Shown: piece after piece, positions 1 to 12,959 of the stretch
How positions within the stretch are numbered: position 1 is the first letter of the stretch
How the letters are laid out: each line of letters begins with the position of its first letter
Assembly: GCA_016748015.1 (NCBI GenBank)
Contig: JAAOMT010000009.1
Coordinates: 1,861,924 to 1,925,923 of the forward strand
Length of the DNA stretch: 64,000 nucleotides
Source: Geosiphon pyriformis uo1
Taxonomy: Eukaryota; Fungi; Glomeromycota
Reading direction: 5' to 3'
The notes under the pieces: generated by a model
What the model saw: the letters and a program-made list of their open reading frames with translations, nothing else
What the model was told of the DNA's origin: nothing
Database searches by the model: none
Made by a program: the position numbers and the translations under genes

Positions 1-443
1 AAAAATTACAAATTAAAAAAATTTAATTAAAAAACAAATTAAATAAATAAGTAATTTAATTAATATAATTAGTTTTATAAAAATTATAATTATTAATTTT
101 TTTTTAAAAAATTAAAAAATAATTTATATTATTAATAAAAAATAACATATTATTCTTTCTTTTTTTTATTTTATAATTATATTTAAAACAAAAAATAAAA
201 TATTCACAATTCTTATATTTAATATTGTTTTTTTTATTTTTAATACTTAAAAAGCTTTTTCTAAAATAAAAACAACTAAATAATATTCTTTTAAAGTATT
301 TGTTTAAATAATAAAGAAATAAAGTAGTTTTAATTATTGTAAAAACCATTAAAAATTCCAGAAATTTCATATTATAAAGATTTATAAAAGTAAACTTCTT
401 TATTTTTTTCATCCCAAATTCTTAAAAAAAAGTCATAAGTTTT

Positions 444-3293
444 TTGAAAGAAGTTTTTACAATTCAGTATGATAAATCCAAACCATTTCTGCTTGATTAC
501 GAGACTATTGTTGGTTCCAGTATTGCTGTGATAAAGAAGTCTACCAAAGACTTTGGTGCTGATCCTGTTAGTAAGGATGTTACTTCTAGAAAAAAAAGAA
601 AGGGTGGTGTTCTAAAAAACGGTACAGCTTAGCAAGTGGTTTTGTTTAACAAAGTGGTTGGTAGTTCTTGGGGATCTGAAGCTAGAGATATTACTGAATC
701 CAACAGTGTAAACATGGAGGAGGAGTTTTTGATTGAGGAGATTAGTGTGGACTATGAAGAAAAGGATTTTCTAGAAGGAAAAGACATTAACCAAATACTT
801 AAAGGGCCTAAGATAGTTACTAAGCAAGCTTTGGGCAAATCTTTGGGCAAAATTAATTTCCTGAGCAGCAATGATGATGATGATATTCTCTTGAATAGTC
901 CTGTGGTTCTTCCTTCTCCTCTGAAAAACTTGGTCAATGTTTCTGTTAGAAAGTCTTTCACTTTGGACATCAGTTTGAACAATGTTGTTGGGAAATCTTC
1001 TTAGGAAAAACTTGTGGTAGTCAGGAAATTATTTTCAAATATCAATGGTTTTGGGGGAGCCTTTACCCTCTCAAAATTTGCTGGAATCATTAGAGCATCA
1101 TTCACTTCTGAGTTGAGTTTGGCACAAGCTTTAAAAAAGGCTGAGGATGTGAAGATCTTAGTAAATACCAATCTTAAGAAATCTTCTGAGCAATCAGATC
1201 AGGCTGTGGTGGTTAAAGAAATTTTTGTTAAAACATTGTTACCAACAGAAATCTGAGATGTTGATTAACATAATATTACCCTTATAACTTCTACCATTAA
1301 AAATTAGCATATGTTATCATTCTAATTATCATTATCATTTATCAAATTATCAAATAACACCAATCAATTAATAATCCAATTTGTACAATAAAAATTAGGA
1401 GGAAATTACACAATACCCCGAACCATTTAATATTTCAAAAGTTTGCCAAAATTTGTAAGAAATTTGCCGAAATAATTAATAGTTCACCGAAATATTCAAT
1501 AGTTCATAGAAATAACTTGTAAATTTGCCGAAATGTATCTATAGTTCATCAAAACCATAGTGAAGAAAATAGTTCAAGTTTACAGACTAGTACTACAACA
1601 AGTTGTATAAAAGAAGAGCTTTTTTCTTCAAGAAAATATATTTTACTTTAGATTTATTAATTAAAATCATTTTTATACACACAAAAACGAAATAAATATC
1701 AAATAATTCAAAAATCAAAATTCCTTAATTATTGCACTTGAAAACACTCAAAACTCAACTAACATTTCGAAATTGATTAACTACCAATTTCAATAAACTG
1801 TTAGTAACTCCAGGTCTGGACAGAAAACAATTCTCTTGACACAATCTCAATTCCTTTACATTTTTTTTATTTTTTTTTTCAATTTCTATTATAAACATTA
1901 GGGTAGCCTACAGATGAGATTCCTTTAGAAGAGTTGACTTTCACAGCAAAGTAACTACACAATTTTAGTGAGCTTCCAGATAAGCAATTCCTGAGAAAGA
2001 GTTGACATTTACTACAACATAACTATACCAAATAACTGGCATGGAATTGGTCATTCTACTGATAAGTCCAGCAATTCAAATTATAGAAGATAATTTGAAG
2101 ATAAATTCAGTTATTGGAGGTTCAATAGCTTTCAGGAAATGTGAATTTACAGCAAACAGACATTAACAACCTTTAAGAAAAGAGACCAAAAACCTCCAGT
2201 AACAACGTCAGCTGAGGCTGTACACACTGCACTATCCGAATTTGGAATAATTAAGTCGATTAAGATGCAGTTGGTGGGACTGTGGCAAAAAGCTGTAGTG
2301 GAATTTAAGCAATCAGCTCATGCTGATTTGGTCACAGCTAAGTGGTCCATTCTGATTGAGAAAGATACTATTCATGTTGCCAGGGCTGATCTGGACAAAG
2401 AAATATGGGATAAGAGAGATATTCATAGGGTGCTGCTCTATACGTTACCAATGAAGACTAATGCTTATGATATTTGGGACTTTGTTAGATCTGTGGGTGG
2501 GAAGACTTACATCATTGATCGCCATCTGATTACATATGTTCATATTAGGTGTGCTGTTGTTTACTTCAATTCTGCTGAGTCTTTGGATGCTGTTATGGAA
2601 ACCACACCAGTGCTCAGAGACACCGATTTACATTGAACTAGTTTTGTTTTTGTCAGATGTGCCAAGTGTGGGAAGTTGGGTAATACTTCGTTAAACTGTA
2701 CTAAAAGTGGGAAAGTTCCTTCTAGTAGTTTATTTTATAGGATGCTTTCGAATGCAGATAAAAACAGACTGGCTGCAATATATGCCAAATGATCTGTTCC
2801 AGTTGCTTATTCCATTTCTTTTGGTGGCCTCTCTTGGGCAAAGGTTGCAGGTGGGTCTTCTTCCCCTCTTTTCTCTGGCCATGTTGCTTCAGTAGATATT
2901 GGCTTTTCTTTGGAGATGAAGCTATTCTTACCAGTTGTGAATGGAATTAATGACAGGTTTGCCACTTTTGAGTGCAGTCTCACCAGCTTTGCAGAGCATG
3001 TTGATAAGCTGGCTAAGAGGTTGGAAACACCTGTGCCAATGGTTTCCCAGCTTAGCCCTGGATGTTAGCCATTGGTGACCCCTTTATTACAGAATCAAGA
3101 GGCGGATATAGTGATGAGTGAGAGTTTGGGTGTGGCTACTAGTAGTGGGATTGTTGCAAGAGTGGCAGTTTTTGATGCTTCTGTTATTGGTAAAATGGAG
3201 GACACTTTGAAAAATCTGGCAATTACAATTATGGGTTTTTCGGCCAAAATGGACAATGCTGGTTTGGTTTCTGTTGTTTCTCTCTCTCAATAA
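444..3293 (+). pseudogene. LINE ORF1 (RRM-like region plus CCHC zinc knuckle), with stops and a solo-LTR insertion
   Basis: ORF fragments 444-1256, 2265-2636 and 3072-3293 are collinear with ORF1 of the other two LINEs. CAKCGKLG(N/H)TSLNC knuckle at ~2658-2700. Confidence 0.85.
1237..2204 (+). mobile_element. Solo LTR of the Gypsy element-A family
   Basis: TGTTAC...GTAACA termini. Homologous to the reverse complement of the LTRs at 19541-20503 and 28395-29381. 4-bp TSD ACAT (1233-1236) / ACGT (2205-2208). Removing it restores the ORF1 'V.TSAEAV' motif seen in the other LINEs. Confidence 0.95.
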
Positions 3294-6200
3294 TGGAGCT
3301 AGTGTGAAAGTTTGCCACATGTAACATTCAGGGTATCAATGTCTCTGCCAAGCAGGAAGACGTTGTTTGTTGGCACATAGAATCTGAAAACATGGTCTCT
3401 ATTGTTACGGAAACAAAATTAAGACCTAATACAAGACCATAGATTATGAACAAGTTTGATGAGATGAGAATTCTCTTTTCTGGTGTGGACAAAGATTTCC
3501 TTGGTGTTGGGGTGGCAATTATATTAAACAATTCTCTTGCATATTATGTTGCAAAGATTAAAGAAGTTCCTGGTCATCTTATTTCTATTCGGTTCCTTTT
3601 CAAAGGCAAGCTGTTGGTAACAATTTTGGGTCTGTATACTGGTGCTTCTGCTAAAGCTAGGTTTGGTCAATCCTCTGTGATCAACTCTTTTATTGCTAGA
3701 GCTGTTAATTCCTCCACATTTGTGGTGCTAGGTGGGAATTTCAATGAAAATGGGTCTAAGAAAAGTACTAATTTTGAGTTCTGTTCGAAGTTGGGTCTGG
3801 TCAATACTTTTGGGGGACATTCATTAGTCAATGCTCTCACTTGGGACAACTCAAGGGGAGCCATGAAAGTTATTGATTATATCTTTGTGAGTGGGTGTCT
3901 GTCATCAGCAGTGGCTGGTCACAAGGTTACTTCTGTTTCGGATTTCTTTGATACTGATCATAATTCTGTTATGGTGTCTATTGGGTTAGGTAAGCTCTTA
4001 AATGTTCAGTTAAATAGCTTGCAGAAACAGACTAACAGGGATCATTAGAAGTTTAAAATCAAAGATGCAGATGATGCCAAGTGGTTACATTATAGGAATT
4101 GTTCTTCTGTCAGACTTTTGGAAATGATGAATAGGTTTTCTGTGACTGCTGCAAATAATGATTTAGATTTGATGTGATCAGTTTTAGAAGGGGTGGTGGT
4201 GAAATCTGCAGATGAAATTTTCTCTAAACATTGGTTCAGCAATTTTCAGTGTTTGAAAAATAAACAGTTTTCTAAATTTCTGGGGCTTGAGTTGCTGGTT
4301 GCAAAAATTGTCAAGAAATTGGGTTCAGCTGACATTCTTGGCTTCAATCTTCTTATAAAAAAATGGTCAACATTGGATGCTAATAAGGCTCTTGTTGTTA
4401 CTTGCATAGTTCAGGCTGGTGAAAAACAGATGGACATTCTCAAGCATTTGTTTATTATCAAGAGTGAATATAGGAAATTCAAAATGTACGAATCAAAGTT
4501 GGCTGAAGAGGTGTTAATCAGGAATGTGATCAAAAAGCACATGGAGAGATTCTGCTTAGACAAAAGTGGCATGATTAAGAGTGTTTTGGATCATCCATTT
4601 CACAAAGTGGTATTGAACCATTTGATGATAGATGATGGTTTGATTTTGGAACCAAAGAAGATAAATTCAGATGTAGATAAAATCATGAAGGACTGAACAA
4701 GGAAACGTTTGGTGCTTCTGGCACTGTCTGATCAATGGGCAAGCCAGTATGCACCACTGGGCTATGTTAGAGATGATGTCTTCTCTGGTGTGATGTGTGT
4801 AATTGACATAAGTGAATTGGTCCTGGTTATTGGTAATTTGCCTGATGGTAAAACGGCTGGTTTGTCAGGCATTCTCAATAAATTATGGAAACATAGTAGT
4901 GAAAAGGTATTAAAGTGCCTGTTGGTGCTGTTAAATACATGTTTGATTGTTGGTAAGGTGCCCACTCTGTGGAAGAGAGCTTGGGTTTCAATAATTTCTA
5001 AGCCATATGACTGGGATGACATTCTTATGAACACTCAACCAATAGCACTAATTGAGACTGCTAGGAAAATTCTGTCTAAGATTTTATCTGATCATATCTT
5101 ATTAGCATGTAGCAAGTTTAATGTTCTCCAAGATGACAACTTTTCAGTACTAAAAGACACATCAATGCAGTCTCCAGTATTCACTGTTGGGTCAATAATT
5201 GAGGATACTCTTGAGAAAAATAGGAAAATTTGGTTGGTTCTGCAAAACATAAGAAAAGCATACAATTCCATTAAATGACACTACCTAAAAGCTAGCTTAT
5301 GTTATATCAAAATATGTAGCAGATTTATTGAGTTCTTTGAAAATATACATGAGAATAGATTTAACAGAGTGATAACTAATTTTGGTCTGTTAAATGGCTA
5401 TAGGGTTCATGATGGGTTGGATCAAGATGAAATCTTCTTACCCCTTTTGTGAAGAATCTTTTACAATCCACTTTTGTGTAAAGTCAAATGACATAAACAA
5501 TTGTGTGGGTACAGAATTGATATTAAATTTGTTTCAAAAACAGGTCGAATTAAAAGTAATAGTGGGATGATATCTTATTTTGCAGCTAGTGCATTTGTTG
5601 ATGATACTATTTGGGTTGGGAATTGTTAGACCTCTACTCAATATGCTTTGGACATGGCCAGTGAATTTTTTGTGATCAATGATATTTCTATCAATAGTGA
5701 AAAGACTGTAGCTATTTTTATCAATCAAGATGTTATAACAGCTTTGTTAAGTATATGTGGACAGCCAATTTTAATAGCCAAAAAAGGCAAAGCACATTAT
5801 TACTTGGGTATATTTTTGTCCACGGAGAGGTTGTTCAAGCCCAGTGTTACCAAAGCTCATTTCAATGTTTGTTTTTTCACCAATGTCTTGCTCAGAAAGA
5901 CTGTTACGAATAAACAATTCTTATACTTGGTCTTGGCTGTCTTGTAGCTTATTGTTGTCTACTGAACTCAGTTCAGTTTTGTTTCATTGAATGTTTGTCA
6001 CAAATGAAATATTATGATTAGGAAGGGCATCAAGTTTAAAGCAGATTTGCTGCATAATTTCCCTAGTGAAGCTTTGCATCATCCTTCTTTGTATGGATTA
6101 AAGTCATTTGAACAAGTTTAGACTGAAAGTAAATTGGCTGCTGTTATTTCATTCTCTAATGATTATGAGATTCTTGGTCATCTGTTTCATCACCAATTCC

Positions 6201-7970
6201 TGAATTTACAAGTTTTGGGTTGGGTTCCTTTGAACTCTTTGCAGTTCCCTGTAAGGTTGCATGTTAATCCAGTGAACAATTTTTTGGCTGGTGTGGTTAG
6301 GATTTTTTGGACAATAAGTTATCTCTGTCAAGTATGCTACCTGGTGCCTTCCATAATCCTGGTGTTTTTTCAATGTCCTTGGTCCTAGAGGAGTCTGTGT
6401 TCTTTGATTCTGTTCATTCTTTAAAGCATTTTGGGGTCACCTTTAGTGACTGACTGTATGATAAAAAAGAGAGAGTAATGGACTGGAAAACTTTTTGCCG
6501 CTGAAAAAGATTGGATCTTAGAGGTCCTGCATCTCATTGGTTTGTGATTACTTCTAGATTCTTGAATGATAAGAGGTTTTTAAAATCTGTCATGATGGGT
6601 TCTTTGTTATCTTTGCCTGGTTTGTGCATTTTAGATTCCAAGAAATTTATAGATATTCGGAATAGCTTGCATGAAGTCTGGTCTGGTGGTTTTGAAGTCT
6701 ATACTGATGGTTTTTTGAAGAATATTGGTTTTGCTGGGATTATGTGTAAAACTGCTGCAGATTTTCTGGCTTTGGATATAGACATTGGCATTGGAGTTCA
6801 GGGCCTTCTTTCTTCTACAATAGCTGAATTACAGGTGGTTGCCTTGGCTTTAGAATGTGTTCCATCTTTCTGTGATGTGGATGTATATCTTAATAGTCAA
6901 GCTACTATTGATGCATGTGTGTTTGAAATGGTCTTAGCCTCTTCCAACTTTTGTAATTGTTGCTGGATAGAGAGGAGACATATTTACAATTTAGTCTGGG
7001 TTAAAGATCTCACTGTGTATTGGATCAAGGTTAAGAGTCATTCTGGGGTGACTGGCAATATCAAGGCTAATACATTGGCTGGTAAAGCAGCAAATTTTCC
7101 AGTTTTTTTACCTGTGGGAGTGCAAGAACATTTTTTGATGGCTGAGGACTTGGCTGTGTTTGGCAATACTCATCACTTTGTTCGAGATGTGTTTAGGTCT
7201 GTTTGCAGGGCTCGTTGAAAAGTGGGTTCTGGTCGTGGCATAATTTCAAAGGTGTTGGTAAGCGACATGGATTGGGTCTCTACTTCAAGGATGTGGCACC
7301 CTGATTCACATATGTTTGTAGAGTTTACTAGTCAGAGATTGGCTGTTTTGTATACATATATAATAAAAGCTGTGTATCACAGATTGCCTATTACTGTCTA
7401 TAAAAGGCTTTACAATAAGAAGTATTCTGGTGTGTTTTGTTTGTTGTGCAGTAAGGTGAAATTGCTGGATTATGCTTTTACTTGTGCCCAGGATGTGGAT
7501 ATTCAAAAGGTGGTTCTGTCTGAGAATTCTGCTTTTTGGGCTTCTTTAGTTGGTGCTCATTACTTGTCTTCATCTGCTGTCTCTTGGGTGCTTGATCTTT
7601 GTCATTCAGATTTTGGTCTGTATTTGGTGATATGCAAGAGTTTTGTGCTGAAAGAATGGTGCGAAGAAGCTATAGAGGTTTTTAATAAGAAAGAAAGAGC
7701 TGTCAATTTTGTTATCAATTTGGTCGAGTTATATTGTTTTAAAGTGTGGTTGTTGAGATCTGAATTCAGGGCATGTATAGAGAAGACTGGTTTGGTTGGT
7801 AATGGTAGTGTGCTGTCAAGTCTTCCTTGTTGTGTGGATTCTGTACTGTCAGATGGTATGGTCAGATTTCTCGGTGTACTAAAATTTTTTGCTGTTAGCT
7901 TTGGCTATTACAGGCCTTGTTTTTTTTTTTTGGTTTGGATGGTAGTTCCTGTATTAATATAGGTGTGTAG
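3293..7970 (+). pseudogene. LINE ORF2: AP endonuclease, reverse transcriptase, RNase H, C-terminal zinc finger
   Basis: APE motifs (ATCNIQG, GG(D>N)FNE, IDYIF, DTDH). RT motifs (PIALIETARKI, QN..KAYNSI, GLDQ.E, AFVDD at ~5591). RNase H (YTDG, AEL, KVKSHSG..GN..A(D>N)). CLLC motif at ~7438. Confidence 0.93.
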
Positions 7971-8499
7971 TGTTATCTTATCTGGTCCGAGTGGCTAGCC
8001 ACATGTAGAAAATGCGTGAATTGCATTTAGTTTAAACCACTTAGTTTGGTTCTATGTACTAGATAGTGATTGGGCTACATTTGTTAAAATGCTTTAATAA
8101 AAAAAAAAGATTTATATAAATATATAATAATAAAATTAAAAGCAAAAAAAACAAATAAAGTTCATAAATTTTTTACTAAATAATTTTTATAGTTAGAAAT
8201 TTAATATTTAAAGTAAATGTTTTTCTAAAAAAATTATAATCTAATTATTTATTATTTAAAATTTTATGAATTAGTTATTTATATTTAACTACTATAAATA
8301 ATATTAAAACAATAGTTTTTATTTATAGTTATTAACAAAATATTAATTTATTTTTATTTTGTTTGTTGTTTTATTATTTAATTAAAAAAAAGTATTAAAA
8401 TTATAATATTAAGAATTATTTAATAAAAAATACAAAAATAAACATAGAATTAATTATAAGATTGCTTATTAAAAAAGTAAAAAACACCAAAATAAACTG

Positions 8500-9570
8500 A
8501 TTATTATGCTAAAAAAGTTAGATACTAAATTTTATTAGTTATTATTAATAAATTTTTATTTATTATACAAAAAACTTAATTAACCAAAACTTTTAAATAT
8601 CAAAACTTTTAGATTTATTAACAAATTTAAAACACCAACTTATAAGCTATTATATTATTTAACTATTTATAATAATAACTGTTGTCAAATTAAACAATTT
8701 AATAAGTCTTAAAAAAGAAAGAATATTTTTATTTTAAAACTTAATAAAGATAATATTGGTTTTTTTTCTTTTGTGATAATTGTTTTAATTAATAATATAA
8801 ATAATACTAATATAAATAATGTAACAAAAATAAAAAGTGATAATATAAATAAATATTATTTAATAAAAAAAACTGTTTTTGATTTAAATAATAAGTGGCT
8901 AGCCACATGTAGAAAGTGTGTGAACTACATTTAGTTTGAGTCTCTTAGTTTGGTTCTATGTACTAGATAGCAGTTGGGCTACATTCGTTAAATATTGTTA
9001 AAAAAAAAAAATAATAACAATAAAAAAAAAATAATTAATATAAGTGCTATTATAAAAATACCAAAATTTAAAACTTATATAATAATTATAAAGTTTTTAG
9101 ACAAAATCAATTTTTATGAAGATAATAACAATATTAGTATTTTTTTTCTTTTAAAATTAATATAAATATACTTATTAAAATATTATTTGTTTTAAATATA
9201 AATTTTTTAACAATTAGTAAATTCTATTAAAATAAATTAAAATCAATTCAAAAATTATTATTAATTTTGAAAAGCATTTGTTTTTTTAAAATTTAGTAAT
9301 ATTATTTATATAACTTTTATTTTTGAATTTAACATAATAAAAGCTGTAAACTTAGTAAATAATAACAATATAATAGTTAATATTAATCTTAAAAAACCAG
9401 TAAACAATTATATAAATTAGATAATAATAATTATATATTATACTAATTAAATTTAAGATTATTAAGTTAATTAAAATATAATTAATAAAATTGTAACAAA
9501 AAACATTAATACAATTTAATAATCAGAATTAAATTAATTTTTTGATATTTAAATAGTCTATTCTTATTAA
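8500..9570 (+). mobile_element. Ancient, AT-eroded LINE ORF1 relic
   Basis: Residual matches to LINE ORF1, e.g. TTAGACAAAATCAATTTTTATGAAGATAAT (L(G)KINF..DDD) at ~9097 and TTAATCTTAAAAAACC (NLKK) at ~9383. Confidence 0.55.
8895..9010 (+). mobile_element. Severely 5'-truncated LINE (3' tail only) with poly-A and TSD
   Basis: High identity to 7990-8100. Poly-A at ~9000-9010. TSD AAATAATAA at 8886-8894 and 9009-9017. Confidence 0.9.
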
Positions 9571-9584
9571 AAAAAACAAAAAAA

Positions 9585-9897
9585 ACCAGCTTGTTAATTA
9601 ATCTGTTATTAAAAATTTTTGGGCTCTTGACAGAAATAAAAACAATATTGAGATTAACTTTGATACTGGAAAAAAACAACCAGCCAAAAGAAAAAAAAAT
9701 GCTTTAAAAGTCACCAAAAACAGCTTTGTGCTATTAATATTTAAAAAAATGCTTCTAAAATGTTTTGCTTAGCTGTTTCTACAACAGAAAGAACTTCTTG
9801 TGTTGAAACTTTACTAGTTACTATAGAGAAAGTAATATTTGCAAATTTCTTACTCTTTGCTCTGGTCGTGGTCATAAAAATAGGAAAGAAAAAGAGT
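9585..9897 (-). mobile_element. 5' fragment of a repeat, probably another LINE subfamily (ORF1 N-terminus)
   Basis: Minus frame reads MTTTRAKSKKFANITFSIVTSKVSTQEVLSVVETAKQNILEAF...KSPKIFNNRLINKLVF. An AT-eroded second copy lies at ~56270-56500. The LINE assignment is inferred. Confidence 0.5.
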
Positions 9898-10416
9898 TTA
9901 TAACATTTTCAAAGTATTATATTTAAATAATAATGTATTTGTTTTCATTTTTATTAATTATGAATTTGTATGTTTTTTCATTGAATTTTTATGCGATTTA
10001 AATTTTTACAATTATATAATGTATTGACTAATAAAACATAAAATTTTTATGTTATTAAATAGTTTTTTTAATTTTGAATATTTCAAAAAATAATTCATTA
10101 TTATTAAAGATAACATGAAAACTCGAAAATTAATCAAGCTTGTAAAATTTGTATAATTCATTTATGAAGAAAATTTTATTTTATGTAAATGCTGATTTTT
10201 TGTGTTATTTTATGGTTATAATTTAATAGTTCAAGTTCATTTAAACTTGAAATACCAATAATAACTTTAAACCCAAATGTAAAATCAAAAAGTCGGAATT
10301 TTATCGCAGACGACCGATAACAATCTCTTGATTATCACATCATCAAGATCCAGATTATCTCCGTCAATATAAAAACTTAACTATCTGTTCAGTTTTTTTA
10401 CCACCAAAAATCAATA

Positions 10417-12021
<1,605 letters not shown>

Positions 12022-12959
12022 TTTTAGGATGAAAATTTTAAAAGCATTATTTTCAATTGATAAGGATGGGAATTCTTCATATACTGAAAAACAAAGATAC
12101 CAGTTCTTTCTTTGAGACTTTATTATTTCTTCTGTTTGCCTATATACATACATTTCGACACTTGATATATGGGCATACTGCTCAACATATTAGACCAATA
12201 TATGCGAGCCATCTCACATCATTAACAAACACTCGAAATATCTTCGCAAATGTTGAAGCTGAAGAGATTGAGTGAGCTTAATTGGAAGCTTAAAGAGAAG
12301 AGATAGCTGACTTCATCTCTATTACCCTTTATTTATCATCTTGTAATATTACTTTTATTTCATTCGATCCGTTCATACTATTCATAATCTAATTTGATAA
12401 TATTCATTCAGCCATACACGTTTGTTTAGAAGACTACTATGGCTAGAATACTTAACTAAGAAAATATTTATTATTTTACAGAGACTAGATTTAAATATAA
12501 GATTAATGACGTGAAAAATAATGTAAATGTGTTCTTTAAAAGAATAAAAAAATTGTTATTTAAAAAAACCAAATAATCGAATAAATAAACAAACTAAAAG
12601 ATTACCACTTCCAAAAAAATTTTACTTTTCAACATTTTATGTTTGCAATCTTATTTAAGAATTGTGGAATCATAATATTGATCATGTTTTTGTTTTAATA
12701 ACAACCAAGTTAATAACAAATGTATTTTCTAATAAAAATGCAAGAAGAGCATTTCAATATTAGTCTTAATTAGTTTACAAACAAAAAAATAATGACAAAA
12801 AAATTTTTTATAATAAAAACTATAAAAGTTAAACCAAAATTAAGGTTGAAAAACTTTTACTACAATGTTTACACTTATTTAAACATTTGTTTTGTCTTTT
12901 TAATTATTAAAAAAATAATTTATAATTGTAATATTAAATAAATATTAAAATTATAAACT

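Larger units (their letters stand above)
393..8108 (+). mobile_element. Full-length degenerate LINE (LINE-1 of this window), interrupted by a solo LTR
   Basis: 5' leader AACTTCTTT...CATCCCAAATT is shared with the copies at 12960 and 56104(-). ORF1 and ORF2 remnants, poly-A at ~8099-8108, candidate TSD AAAGATTTATA at 376-386 and 8106-8116. Confidence 0.93.

Noticed and set aside
104-412. 102-aa minus-strand ORF, and the many short antisense ORFs over the TEs
   Set aside because: Low-complexity K/N/F/I composition, or shadow frames of TE coding strands; no motifs.
1910-2025. Hammerhead ribozyme in the A-family LTR (CAGATGAG...GAA...stem)
   Set aside because: The core reads CAGAUGA, not CUGAUGA, in the LTR copies, and the GAAA/stem III register is not conserved.
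7983-7996. tRNA or Pol III A-box (TGGTCCGAGTGG) in the LINE tail
   Set aside because: No B-box (GTTCRA) or cloverleaf follows; better explained as part of the tail stem.
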